Assembly (NCBI GenBank): GCA_030141605.1
Contig: JAQGDQ010000524.1
Coordinates: 1 to 64,000, forward strand
Direction: 5' to 3'
Length of the DNA stretch: 64,000 nucleotides
DNA from: Tubiluchus corallicola
Lineage: Eukaryota; Animalia; Priapulida
The notes beneath the pieces are model-generated. The model saw only the letters and a list, made by a program, of their open reading frames with translations. It did no database searches and was not told the origin of the DNA. Below, piece after piece: positions 39,193 to 52,906 of this stretch (position 1 is its first letter; each line of letters starts with the position of its first letter). The translations under genes were made by a program, and so were the position numbers.

Positions 39193-39297
39193 CAGTGGAT
39201 AGGAGCTTGGTGGTTGGGTATGGTAGCCATAATGGGTGCAACTGCCATCCTGGTGATTCCCATGTCTATGTTTCCCAGGAAACTTCCAGAAAAACAG
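39167..39297 (+). CDS. SLCO: OATP/SLCO organic anion transporter exon (signature/TM6); first exon present, 5' exons absent
   Basis: TTLTQSDPQWIGAWWLGMVAIMGATAILVIPMSMFPRKLP matches the OATP signature D-x-RW-(I/V)-GAWW-x-G; donor CAG|GTAAAG. Confidence 0.92.
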
Positions 39298-39402
39298 GTA
39301 AAGTGCGTTGAAAAGATCGCCGCATTGTCTGTGTGGTTTTACTTGTTACGATTGATTGGAATTTTCTTACTTAGGGTTGAAATTCTTGTATTTTTCTCAC
39401 AG

Positions 39403-39404
39403 GT

Positions 39405-39438
<34 letters not shown>

Positions 39439-39538
39439 GGTGGCGACATTGTCGCTATAACGCCTACTGAAAAGCATCCTGCTGCTGTGCCGGAAAAAAG
39501 AGCAAACGTGCTATCCATGTTGAAAGACAGCCCAAAAG
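39403..39538 (+). CDS. SLCO: OATP/SLCO exon (intracellular loop)
   Basis: TCACAG|GTT; VDDDDDDGGGGGGGDIVAITPTEKHPAAVPEKRANVLSMLKDSPK; phase-1 donor compatible with the next exon. Confidence 0.75.
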
Positions 39539-39639
39539 GTATTTTACTCTTTTTTGGTACTGTGATGATGATGATGGAGTTTATGATAATGATAATGATA
39601 CTAATGATTGCGTTAGATATGATAATAGTGCTAACAAAA

Positions 39640-39683
39640 ATAATGACTACCACAACGATAGCAAGAGCAACAACAACAACAGC

Positions 39684-39741
<58 letters not shown>

Positions 39742-40000
39742 CTAACAACAACAACAACAACAACAACGAAACAACGACAATGACGACGACGACAACAACA
39801 ACAATAACAACTACCCCTGCTACAACAACAACAACCACAACGCAACCACAACGATAACAACAACAACAACAACAACAACAACAACGAAACAACGACAATG
39901 ATGACGACGACAACAACGACAATAACAACTACCCCTGCTACAACAACAACAACCACAACGCAACCACAACGATAACAACGACAACAACAACCACAAAGAT

Positions 40001-40049
<49 letters not shown>

Positions 40050-40173
40050 GCAACAACAACAACAACAACAACAACAACTACCCCTGCTTCAACAACAACA
40101 ACGACAACGACAACGACAATGACGACAACAACAACAACTACCCCTGCTTCAACAACAACAACAACAACTACAT

Positions 40174-40204
<31 letters not shown>

Positions 40205-40207
40205 AGC

Positions 40208-40242
<35 letters not shown>

Positions 40243-40280
40243 TACAGCTACAGCTACAGCAACACCAACAACGACGACAG
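39640..40280. repeat. (CAA)n-rich microsatellite spanning the inner end of the right arm
   Basis: Direct inspection. Confidence 0.95.
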
Positions 40281-40675
40281 TAAAATGAATTATGCCAGCA
40301 AGAAAGTTGTTCTGGCTGTGCATTCGCTACTGTTCTGCATTAATAGTGTCGAACTTTAAGCTAGCATCTGTAACAGGGACGCCTGTTTGCCTGTCAAAGT
40401 TCAAAGTTACTTATTTATTTAATGTTCAGTTCGCGGGCTAATCGATATGGAACATACTTGCGCTACCGTGATACTGCAATTTGTCGTAAACAAACAATTA
40501 TCATTACCATCTAGTCTTATTCTATAAAATCTTACTTTTAATTATATTATAAGTTTTATACAGTATTACCGCTAACGCAAGCTCTGTATGCAATGAGGAA
40601 CCATATAAATGATTCAAAATTTAATAATGGATATGTTTAGTTATATGTAAGTAAAAGGGTTTTCTTGTGATTTAA

Positions 40676-41281
40676 ATGAAAATTGAACCCAATCTTAAAC
40701 TGCAGGTCAAAACAGTCTACTCTTAAAACGTTGAAAGGAACATACTATTTTTTCAAAAATGACTTACGTTAAAGAATTATTAAAACACAAACGCAATTTC
40801 ACGTTGGCATCACTAGTTCTTTGCTGTTACATGCATTTCAACATGGTTATTTAGACGGGCACTAGCGTCTGCATTTCGAAAACGTATTGCACAAAAACAG
40901 GTGCCGTACCTGTTCAGATGTGTTAATTTGTGATGAAATACACACGTTCGACAGCTCATGCGTGAGCACAACAGCAAATTTAAATTTTTATCTTAAAACT
41001 TGCCTAGTTTTAGTATGCCACACTGAATCTCTTACAGTAGCACTGTACTTCAATTTTCGCTTTCACAAACACGTGCAACACGCTCGTGGAATATTTTTGC
41101 TGTTGAAAAAATTATGTTAGTTTGTGATGTCATCGATAGTTGGGCTCGCCCGCCGTTAATCGAGTTTTTAATCTATTATTTAATTATCAGCAGCGCTTTT
41201 GCTGTATTAATTGTGTGAAAATGTATACTTTTTACCGTACTGGAAAATGGGGTAGTGTATGAAAAATCATCCCGTCTTCCT
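40676..41281. mobile_element. Kolobok/T2-like MITE (mirror of 36984-37589)
   Basis: Reverse complement, with a cluster of SNPs near 40910-40975. Confidence 0.75.
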
Positions 41282-41866
41282 TTAACTTTACCATTAGAAG
41301 CAATGAGGCCCCTATCTCTCTTAACGCTTGCTTTATCACGTACAGCATGCTCTGCTTTTGCTTAAGCAGTCTTATTTAACTTCCAATATTGAATCCGTTT
41401 GAGGAGAAACGATGCTGTTTACTTGTAAATTTCCAGGAGCTAGTGAGCGTTGGCGTCCTCGCTGTCTATGCCCGTGCTGCCATCTATTGAGCTCCAGCGA
41501 AAGTTTGGCCAAACCATTAAAGCTGTTCCTTAAAAATTAGGAAAAAAGACAATTCTGTGTCGACCACACACAAAAAAATTAACTGTCTCTGACCTCGACC
41601 CATACCCTACCCCTGCTCCAAGTGTTGGCTTCCTGGATTTATCCATGGCGAAGGAAAGCTGGCGACAGTCCCTCCAACCGAGGGCAACTCGTACAAAGTC
41701 TGTTTTATTTTCTAACAGTAACAGTAATACTAGTAATTGTACTTTCCTACCAATTATCTTGAGTTCCTGTCATGATGTAACCTATTAATATTTTGTTGCG
41801 TTATGTGATATATTTTTTATTTGATTTTTTGTGCTGTATATGGCTTACAGTGTTTAATTGCATTTA

Positions 41867-42339
41867 GAGGTATACAGGATGCTTTTTCATATACTACCCC
41901 ATTGTCAAGCACAGTAAAAAGTTTGCAAATATTGCAAAAGCGTTTCTGATAATTGAATAATAGATTAAAAGCTTAATTAATGGCGGGCGAGCCCAAGTGT
42001 TGACATCACAAACTAACATAATTTTCAACAGCAAGAATATTCCACAAGCGTGTTGCACGTGTTTACAAAAGCTAAAATTGAAGTACAATGCTACTGTAAA
42101 ATATTCATTGTGTTATACTAAAACTAGGCAAGTGTCAAGATAAAAATTCAAATTTCAAATTTACCGCTGTGCTCACGTATGGTTCGTCATAAACTAACAC
42201 GTCTGAGAGAGGTACAGCACCTCTTTTTTGCGCAACGCTGTCCGGAATGCAGGTGCTAGTGCCCGTCTAATTATCGAATGGCGAAATGAATGTAAGAGCG
42301 AAGAACTAGTGACGCGAACGTGAAATTGTGTTTGTGTGA
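41867..42339. mobile_element. Kolobok/T2-like MITE (mirror of 35926-36398)
   Basis: Reverse complement. Confidence 0.7.
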
Positions 42340-42444
42340 TTTTTAATTTAACATTCAAATTTACCTCACTCAAAATCATACTTCAAAATAGAGTAGTATG
42401 TGAAAAATCATGGCGTTTTCCTTTAAGCGATTCATTTGTTGCAG

Positions 42445-42609
42445 ATTTGGGACAGAAGTTGCTTCGCATTATTTCAAATCCGATGTACATGTGCGTTGTG
42501 TTGGGATTCTGCTTCAAACTTTACACAATCATAGCTCTGTCATTGTTCATACCAAAATACATGGAATCCCAGTTTCATATGACTGCTTCGACTGCCAATC
42601 TACTGACAA
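42445..42609 (+). CDS. SLCO: OATP/SLCO exon (TM7)
   Basis: (D)LGQKLLRIISNPMYMCVVLGFCFKLYTIIALSLFIPKYMESQFHMTASTANLLT; PKYxExQF motif; TTGCAG acceptor and GTGAGT donor. Confidence 0.92.
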
Positions 42610-43749
42610 GTGAGTGTTTTGTACAGATGTTAACAAGTCTAGATATAATAGAACATGGAACATGGAACATAGAACACAGAATGTGGGACCTGAAACATGG
42701 AACACGGAACATAGAACGTAGGATATAGAACACGGAACATAGAACGTACAATATAGAACATGGAACATAGAACATGGAACATGGAACATGAAACATGGAA
42801 CATGGAACATAGGATATACACCATAGAATATAGAATATAGAATATAGAACTTAGAACACGGAACATAGAACATGGAACATGAAACGTGGAACATAGAACA
42901 TGCAACATAAATTATAGAACATTTTATTTTCTCCGGTTTTATTTACAGCAATATTGTTAGTTCAATATTAAAGAAATGTAACTATGGAGTAAGGCAAGGG
43001 GGACCAAAGGTCTCCTGTCCTTTCATACAAATGGCAAGTTTGATGAAAGCAAAAGCAAGATAGTAACAAAAGGTGGCGCTGCAGAAAACAAAAACAATAA
43101 ACCGACAAAAACAAAGCAATAATAATTAACTGTCAATAAATAAAACCCCAAAAATAAAGAAAGTTTGTAAATAACAATGTAAACCACTTACTCGTACTGA
43201 AACGAGTGCATGATTTGTAATTAACAATGACGAATGTATATATATATATATAAAACTATAGGTGTCATTTAAAAGAAATGTTTTTATGATAACAACAAAA
43301 ATGAGCAATAAAAATTGATAAACAAGAAAACAAAACATTTGCTCAAAAATGAAGAAAAATGATTGATGATTAACTGCAAACAAAAAGTAATGGTAAATAA
43401 CCAAATTAATATAGTCAAATTAAATAAATCAATTACTTTTCAGGTAACTACAACAACAACACAATGAAAAGGACAACAAAAATCCTGATCTGCTAGGTTT
43501 ACCATTTTCTGATCTCTGTTCGCAAAAGTTGCCCTTTCTAACCCACAAAATCCTTCCCAACCCATCAAATCAGGACATGGCAAACCTAGCAGACCAAAAC
43601 ACGACTTACATTAGCCTTTAGAACATAGTCAAATTAGAACATTGCAAACTTAGCAAATCAGGACCACAAACCGTAACATTCATACCCACCCTTATATACA
43701 TGATACGAACAGTTTTTTCGACACGTGGCTTTTATTGTTTTCTTCACAG

Positions 43750-43942
43750 GTGTAGCAGCCTTGCTGGCAGTATTTGGTCTGGTGGGTGGTGGGTGGCTCA
43801 TGAGGACCATGCGACTTCTACCCAAAGGAGCAGTGGTGCTGATAATGATTTGTCTGGGGATCTATGCGGCATTCATTCTTCCAATGCTGTTTCTGGGTTG
43901 TGAAGGTGATCAGTTTGCAGCCACCAGTGGTAGCGATGGTTT
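43750..43942 (+). CDS. SLCO: OATP/SLCO exon (TM8-TM9)
   Basis: VAALLAVFGLVGGGWLMRTMRL...FILPMLFLGCEGDQFAATSGSDG; phases 1 and 2 are consistent with its neighbours. Confidence 0.9.
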
Positions 43943-45885
43943 GTGAGTACAGTAATTATGAGTAACATAAACACCTTATAGGGTGATGGTAGGGTAAAGT
44001 TATTGCTTAAATTGTGATGGTACAGTATAATAATAACTTAAATGGGTGATGATATAGTATAATTATAAATTAAATGGGTGATGGTGCAGTATAATTATAA
44101 ATTATATGGGTGATGGTGCAGTATAATTATAAATTAAATGGGTGATGGTGCAGTATAATTATAACTTCAATGGGTGATGATATAGTATAATTATAGCTTA
44201 AATGGGTGATGGTACAGTATAATTATAGCTTAAAAGGGTGATGGTATAGTATAATTATAGCTTAAAAGGGTGATGGTACAGTTTAATTATAGCTTAAATG
44301 GGTGATGGTACAGTATAATTATAACTTAAGTGGGTGATGGTACAGTATAATTATAAACTAAATGGCTGATAGTGCAGTATAATTATAAATTAAATGGGTG
44401 ATGGTGCAGTATAATTATAAATTAAATGGGTGATGGTGCAGTATAATTATAACTTCAATGGGTGATGATATAGTATAATTATAGCTTAATTGGGTGATGG
44501 TACAGTATAATTATAGCTTAAATGGGTGATAGTACATAATAATTGTAACTTAAGAGGTTGTGATATTAAAAAGAGCCCTTGTAAATATGTGTAAATATGT
44601 CCTCTCTGAACGTTTCTCCATTTAACAACGATTCGCTTTAACGGGCAGCGAAATTTTCGATTCTTTCTACTCGCTTCACCTTAGAGACGAATTTTAGTCA
44701 GAAATTTTGTCTGCCGAGTTGCAAATATGAAAACAAGTCAAAGATAACATACTAGACAGAGAAGATAGATAGATGGATAATTTTATTTATCTCTTGTAAA
44801 ACAACTACATAGCAAAAATGAATCGTTACTATTAGAGAAAGGGTGGCGAAAAAAACCTAGAATGTTAGCAAATCAGCCACCCTTTTAATTAAACTTATAA
44901 CAAGAATATCTAGCAATATCTACTAAGTGAATTACTCATCCACTGGCAGCTGGCAGGCTGGTAATCTTGGGTGGCTTCGACTTTGACGCCCAAACAATAA
45001 TTATTATTACAACACATCATAATAATTTTAGAATTATTTTGCAAAACGTTTTCTCATTCAGATGCAAATGCTCAGAACACATAACGAAGCAAGCAATCAC
45101 CCATCCATTCACTTATCAGGTTCAACGTTGCTTAACATCGTGCACAGTATCCACTGGGCTGTTAACCTCGAATCAAATGTGCTGCCATTTGGCTGTAGCC
45201 ACATTGCGAACTGTGACGGGAACAGAAAAGAATTTCCTTCATTGCATACGGTGTTCTCAGAAATCTTTATTTCTGTATATAAAAAATGAAAATAATAAAT
45301 TTGACTGCTTTCACTGCTTACAAATGTATAATGATCTAGTTATTATAATTTAAGACAATAAAAGAAAATATTACTCACATCGTGCGGCTATAACAACTTA
45401 ATACATCCTTGGAACGTCATACTGGTTTGCAGCAAATCGGGTAGGGACGAGTGAGGCTCAACCTAATTTACAATTTAACATGTAGGTGGCAGCACCTATG
45501 TGAACTTACCTGTAATTTTTCCTGTGAAGTTGTAAATTACGTTGAGCCTCACTAAATACGCTTACAGAAGCCTCAGTAAACGTTAAATAATGTTTAGATA
45601 AATTCTTCAAGTAATTATTTGTAGCGTCTTTACCTGATTTGCTGTAAATCAGTATGACGTTCCAAGGATGTATTAAGTTGTCATAGCCGCACGATGTGAG
45701 TAATATTTACTTTTATTGTGTTAAATTATAATAATTAGATCATTATACATTTGTAAAGGCCAGAAACTGACCTTTGTCATGTTCGATCATGGAACTGTTT
45801 TTTCAATTATTTAAATCGAAGTTTTATAAATTGCAATGAATTATGTGATTATTTACTGATTATTTGAATCTTTTTATATTTTCAG

Positions 45886-46027
45886 TCTTAATTTAACAGC
45901 TGAGTGCAACGCTGAGTGTGACTGTAACCAGAACTTGTATCACAGCGTGTGTGGCTCAGACAACTGGACTTACTTCTCTCCTTGCCACGCGGGTTGTCTC
46001 AATGAGACGACTATTGGAGAAGAGGAG
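45886..46027 (+). CDS. SLCO: OATP/SLCO exon (Kazal-like extracellular domain)
   Basis: LNLTAECNAECDCNQNLYHSVCGSDNWTYFSPCHAGCLNETTIGEEE, translated by hand (not in the ORF track). Confidence 0.93.
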
Positions 46028-46513
46028 GTATTTAGTTCCTCTTTTTTGTTTTAATAAACAAGCCCAGCTACCAGGAGGAGGGCTTTCATTGTTGAGCTTG
46101 CCAATGGGTTTCAGGGGAAATTGTGAAGTGTGAATGTGGGTGTGAGTGTGAGTGAGAGCGTGAGTGTGAGCATGAATGCGAGTTTGAGTGACAGTGTGAG
46201 TGTGAGTGTGAGCGTGAGTGTGAGTATGAATGTTAGTGTGAGTGTGAGCGTGGGTGTGAGTGTGAGTGTGAGTGAGAGTGTGATGTGAGTGTGAGCATAA
46301 GTGAGAGTTTGACTGTGAGTGTGAGTGTGAATGTGAGTGTGAATATGAGGGTGAGTGAGGATGTAAGTATGAGTGTGAGTGTGAATATAAATATGAAAAT
46401 GAATGTGTGTGTGTGTATAAATATGAAAATGAATGTGTGTGTGTGTGTGCCTGTGTGCATGCGCATGTGTGTGTGTGTGTGCATGCGCATGTGTGTGTGT
46501 GTGTGCATGCGCG

Positions 46514-46551
<38 letters not shown>

Positions 46552-46872
46552 TTTGAGTGTGAGTGTGAATGAGAATGCAAATGCGAATATGAGTATGAAT
46601 GTTCGTGTTTAGAGGAAAAGAATTCATATAATCACTACAAATTAATTTGTCATATATTTAGTTAATATCTGTTTTTCTGAAGTTCTCCTTGAAGCTAATG
46701 AGGTAGTAATTAACAAAAAAGCGATTTAACGTAAAATAATTCCACAGAAAAGAGTCCGAGAGAAAAATGTTGTTTTGCATTTCAATACCCTGTATGCTAA
46801 ACCTCTATATTTAGACAGACAAGTCTACAGTCTGTGAAGACACAAATTAGAACTTGTTTTTCTATATCACAG

Positions 46873-47036
46873 GTATACTCTGACTGCTTGTGCATTGAAA
46901 ACGGCAACGGTTATGCCGTGGACGGTCAGTGTTCAGTGGACTGCGGAATCAAGATGTACGTCTACGTCGCCTGTTTGATACTAGGTGGCGCACTGTCGTC
47001 TCCGTCGGAAACTGCAGCTATGACGTTGATTATACG
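46873..47036 (+). CDS. SLCO: OATP/SLCO exon (end of ECL5, TM10)
   Basis: VYSDCLCIENGNGYAVDGQCSVDCGIKMYVYVACLILGGALSSPSETAAMTLII(R). Confidence 0.92.
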
Positions 47037-47191
47037 GTATGCAAATGAAGAGGAATTTATCGTTTTTCGATTTACGCCCCTTGCTGTCCTATGGAAGCCT
47101 GGTGGCACCATCTAAACATTCAAATTTGAAAAGCAACTGGCCTAAGAAAAATAAGAATATGATAATTAAGTGGGTTGAACAAGATGATTAA

Positions 47192-47481
47192 AGCAAAACG
47201 CAACCTAATCTTAAATTTCTGCTCAAAAAAGTCTACTCTTTTAAAATATTGAAAGGAAACATGGTGTTTTTTAAAAAATGACTTACGTGAAAGAATTATT
47301 ACCACATAAACACAATTTCACGTTCGCACCACGAGTTCTTCACTGTTACATGCATTTCACCATTTGCTAGTTAAACGGACACTAGCGTGTGCATTTCGAA
47401 AACGCACTGCACAAAATAACTGGTGCTGTACCTCTCAGTTCAGATGTGTTAGTTTGTGATGAACTACACACATTCGACAGC
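47192..47481. mobile_element. Kolobok/T2-like MITE, partial (mirror of 30820-31109)
   Basis: Reverse complement. Confidence 0.7.
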
Positions 47482-47830
47482 CCATGCTGTTGTAATAGTA
47501 ACAGTTTTAATAGCTAGCTAGAAACTTACGTAGTTCATTTTTCCCAAGCAAGATCCTGCTAGTAAATCACTCTATTCCCAGACTAATGCATGATTAATGC
47601 ATAAGTAAAGTTAACGTAGAACAACTGACTTTACTGAACTGATGCGGCAGACGGTTTTATTTTACACACACGTCATGCGACGGTTGTAGTTAAGACGCGT
47701 TGCTGTGGTACACTTGACCTTTGACCTACAGCGACAGTGCATGCGCACAAAAAAACTTTGAAAAGGCTTATTAGGGAATAGAACTAATTAACACAATTAG
47801 TTGTAAATACGATCATTTTCATCATTATAG

Positions 47831-47895
47831 GAGTGTTGATGATGAATTGAAGCCTCTGGCATTGGCTATGTCAACCTTTATACTTTCAATTGTCA
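47831..47895 (+). CDS. SLCO: OATP/SLCO 65-nt exon (start of TM11)
   Basis: (R)SVDDELKPLALAMSTFILSIV; TTATAG acceptor, GTAAGT donor. Confidence 0.9.
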
Positions 47896-48671
47896 GTAAG
47901 TTTTTTTCTTTTACTACCATCATAATTATGTGCAATTTTAGTAACGCAGGTATTTATGTAAGCAATATTTTTTTTGACCAAACGTGGTCTCGAACTGGAA
48001 ACCTTTCAAGTACAAGTTCAAAATCCCCCCCATACAATTTAAAACCCCTAATCAGGACTATTCCTAACTCTAACCCTGATCCTAACCCCAACCCAACCGT
48101 TGCCCTTGCGTCAGTCTGCTAAAACATTTTTTACACTTTTCCCTACTAGATGGCAATAGCTGTCTACCTGCCAGGTGCGCCTCCAGATTCTATCAAAAGT
48201 GGGGCATCACGCAGAAGAAATTCGTATTTGGAGAGGTTCACATAGGCTACCTTCTTCTTTCTAAGAGGGGACCAGTTCGTGGCAGGCCTAACCCTATCCC
48301 TAATCCTAATCCTTACCCTAATCCTAATCCACTTCGCGAACTAACTTTTTGTGTGTGGAGAATTGCACATTTTATCTACAATTTTTAGTATAAAACAAAG
48401 AATATAGACGGAATCGTAGATATTATAATAAAATGAACCAGGTTTTTATTCGCTGATAAACATATATTTCACCATCCATTGCAAGTTGCCTCTTCAGCGT
48501 AAACATTAGCAATATGCAACGCTCTTCGAAGTGCAAAATCAGTAAGTTACCCTAACAAACGCAATGGTGTTCCTGGGAAGGGCACTTTTCGTATTTTATC
48601 GGAATTATTCAATGATGTGATATTTCGAAGAGTGTTGCATATTGCTAATGTTATCCCTCAGGGAGCAACCT

Positions 48672-49332
48672 GCATCTCGGTAGTCTGCTGGCAACAGAAG
48701 ACGACATATCAAGACGGAAGATAATGGCATTATCAGCTTACTCAAAACTCACAAAAGTTTTTGAGAATAGGAAGATTTCTTTGGAAACAAAAATTAGAAT
48801 ATTCTCAGCCTTAGTTGAAACTGTATCTCTGTATAACTCTGAGCTCTGGACATTAAAAGCAAATCATAAAGCTGAAACCGATGCGTTTTAAACGCGAAAT
48901 TACAGAAACATTTTGGGTATTAGATGGCCGAAGAAAATTTCAAACAAAGATCTATATGAAAAAAATAAAAGAAGAACCTTGGACAAGAAAAATAAAAAGA
49001 CGCCGTTTAAAATGGATTGGGCATATGCTTAGACTACCTGATGGTATTACAGTGAAGATAGCTCTTCAACAAGACATAGAACCAGATAAAAACCTGCAGG
49101 AGGACAAATGCTAACATATTTAGATTTTGCACAGAAAAATTTAAACACTTCAGCATTGATCCTTAGAAATAAATGTACTTGGGGCATTGCGGCGAGCAGG
49201 GAGTCCTGGCATAGGGAGGTGAGCAGAATCATGTCACTGGACGGGTGATTCATTGGATGATGATGATGATCTGGCAGAGGGAAGTGAGCAGAATCATGTC
49301 ACTGGACGTGTGATTCATTGGATGATGATGAT
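48672..49332 (+). mobile_element. RTE-clade LINE 3' fragment (mirror of 28971-29630)
   Basis: LYNSELWTL and RLKWIGHMLR motifs; (GAT)n tail. Confidence 0.8.
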
Positions 49333-49571
49333 AACCTGCAATGAACTGCAAAATTTCTATTTATTAGCGAGTAAAAAATTATAATTCCTTTTACTACAAC
49401 ATCTGTGATCTTGCCTGTAATATTTGTATTATTATTATTTAATTACCAGAAAAAATATTTGTGGTATCCGCATCGGGTATGGGGCGAGAAATGGTTATGT
49501 TTTCCTTTAACAACATTCTTGTCTTCAGTATAAATCTTTGGTTTGTTTAGTAATACATCTATGACTTTCAG

Positions 49572-49689
49572 CTTTCTTGCCTGGTCCAATAATTACTGGT
49601 GCCATGGTTGATACTGCTTGCACGCTGTGGCAAGATGACTTGTGTGGCGGGACAGGAAATTGTTGGCTGTATGACAAGACTAGCTTCCG
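49572..49689 (+). CDS. SLCO: OATP/SLCO 118-nt exon (TM11, ECL6)
   Basis: (T)FLPGPIITGAMVDTACTLWQDDLCGGTGNCWLYDKTSF(R), the conserved OATP D-x-x-C-x-x-W...CG-x-x-G-x-C-x-x-Y motif. Confidence 0.95.
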
Positions 49690-49969
49690 GTAATTATGAC
49701 GATCATGCTTACCTATTCCTGTCACGTGGCCACCTGTTCGACCAATCAAATCTACAATTTTCAGTGGTGCAGTCACTTGGTACAGTTATGTCACATGTGT
49801 GATTAATTAAAATACTTCAACGACGTTTTGCAATTTATCATGACATAAAGATAACAGCCAGCACCTTCTTAAAGCGCAAGAAAATCACTCCACTTACATA
49901 AAGCTAAAAAAATTGTTTTGAAATTTTATACCCCTTACATACTACCTTTTTGATTGCAGGCCTTGCATC

Positions 49970-50380
<411 letters not shown>

Positions 50381-50722
50381 AAGTTTTTATACTGTTGTGT
50401 TTTAATTTTTGCCAGATTACCCTGTAATAATTAGAGTGATTTACGTAAACATAATGTAAAATGAAAGATTTATTTATTTATGTAATCTGTTAGCCTTGCT
50501 GCCTGCTTGGCAACTTTCCTGCAAATCTCTGTACTTAACCCTTTTCTTGTCCTTTAAGCAAACACGTGGCTATTTATTTCAACACAATCATCTACAGCGT
50601 TTCATTTGCAAAAAGGCCGTGATGGCGCAATTCTACTTAATAGCCACACAACGTATAAAAATTAATATATATCTATAATAATTAATAATATATCTAATTA
50701 ATATAATTAATAAATAAAAAAA

Positions 50723-50763
<41 letters not shown>

Positions 50764-51159
50764 TATATTATTGAGGTAAAAAAAATCCATACAGTGAAAT
50801 GTAAAGAAACCAATAATACTAAATACTAAATCTTTTGCGTTCACAGTCATAATCTAATTAATGATATTGTTAATTGCCAGGTATTTTGAAAAAAAATTAA
50901 ATCTTACTTTTTATATCTACAAACTTTAAAGAAATTTGAAGTTCAATTTTACATACATTATGATGATTTGCAAAAGCAAACAAAATTAATCTGTGGCGCC
51001 CCGTCTGGAGATTGTCCTGAAATGAACCTAGACCGATGCTCTTTTGTTTACGTTTGCGGCACATGTAATGGTGCTGATGATGCTAGGAATTACAATAAAG
51101 TTAATCCGTGGCGCCCTCTCTGAACGAATTTGTGGTACTAAACATAACAAGTTCATTTT

Positions 51160-51836
51160 CGGATTTTCTCAGCTAAACAATGACCTTTTCTCTAAACGCT
51201 GTAAAGATAATAACGGTCATCCAGTATTGCCGAATTGTAACTGTGGATTTCGATTTGAGTCTGTTGAACACTTTTTCTTGCACTGCCTATTGTATCAACT
51301 AGCTAGGGTTGTTATGTTTGATAAACTAAATGAAATACTTCTGATCGAAAACCTTAATATAGCTGCCTTAGGAACCAATGATCTGTTGAAGTTGTTATTA
51401 TGCGGAAAAGATGAATTTAACTATGTTGCTAACTGTAAAATATTCCAATGCATACCTGAGTTTATATTACGTACTAAATGCTTCCAGTAGTTTCTATCTG
51501 ATATGAAATGCATCAGTCATGTACGTCTAATGTCTAATGTATTCTTGTAGTAAAACTTGTCAGCTTGTGTAGTTATAGTCTATTCTTACTGTAAACGTTA
51601 CTAATGTCTAATGTAATGTTGTAGTAAAACTTGTCAGCTTGTGTAGTTATAGTCAGTTCTTACTGTAAATGTTACTAATGTCTAATGTAATCTTGTAGCA
51701 AAAATTGTCAGCTTGTGTAGTTATAGTCAATTCTTACTGTAAATGTTTTTGTAAATAGTGTATAAAGTCTGTTGTGTTGAGGATCCTAAATCGTGTTGTT
51801 CAAACTGTCTGATCCAATCCTATAATAAATTATGTT
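51160..51836 (+). mobile_element. CR1/L2-type LINE 3' fragment (mirror of 26469-27145)
   Basis: Part of ORF 51044-51490; 21-bp TSD. Confidence 0.85.
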
Positions 51837-52006
51837 TAAACATAACAAGTTCATTTTTACTCACACTTATATTAATTAGATACGTGATTCATGCATTGGT
51901 TATGGCGGTGCCAAGAAAACAAAAAAAACTCGTGCTGCCCTCTCTGAACAAATTTATCATCATAAAATGTAGCAGCTACCCTTTAACATAAATTTATTTT
52001 ATTTAG

Positions 52007-52229
52007 ATACGTGGTGCATGGAATGGCGCTAGTGGTGCTAGTAGTATCATCGCTGTTTTACCTCACAGCGTTGTGCCTCGCAAAGGGGCCATACAGAGGA
52101 GATCCAGAAGACGATGCTGCCGCCCTGGTGGAGAAAAACAAAACTGCAGCTGTGAATTCCTCTGTAAACGGCATAGATTCCAAGACAGACTTGGTAAAAG
52201 CTGCTGGCGATTCAGTCGAAAAATTCTAG
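52007..52229 (+). CDS. SLCO: OATP/SLCO last coding exon (TM12 and C-tail)
   Basis: (R)YVVHGMALVVLVVSSLFYLTALCLAKGPYRGDPEDD...DSVEKF*; TTTTATTTAG acceptor in phase 2. Confidence 0.88.
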
Positions 52230-52426
52230 CAGAGTTAAAACTTAAAACATTGTTTTAATAATGTGCCGTGTAGCATTGCACAGTTACACAACGCTAGGTT
52301 CGGGTTGTAACTGCATTGGTGAATGTATCTAATCATGTATTGTAACTGTGCTTGTTGCAACAACATGTAAGTGTAAATATTTCAGTCAGATGTAGATAGT
52401 ACATGGCATAATAAAAGATGTGTATG

Positions 52427-52461
<35 letters not shown>

Positions 52462-52715
52462 CCATTGTTTGTTTGATACCCCTCCCGTACCCACGACCAC
52501 CCACACCTCCTTCATTAGCGGTGTTGCGTTGCAGTATCGATAAATCGTGGTGATAAATTGATAAAATAATAAAAGTACAACTGACAAAAATTATTTCTGG
52601 AGAAATAATACTAATTAGCATAGTAATTTATTTGGAAACACAATTATGTCATATGTTGAAACAATGAGAGACTTAACAAGACTAACTTGAACGAAAGAAA
52701 ACGAAGGAACGAAAA

Positions 52716-52906
<191 letters not shown>

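Noticed and set aside
39070-39783. Single 237-aa ORF
   Set aside because: Read-through of two OATP exons, an in-frame 105-nt intron, a repeat unit and a CAA microsatellite; not a standalone gene.
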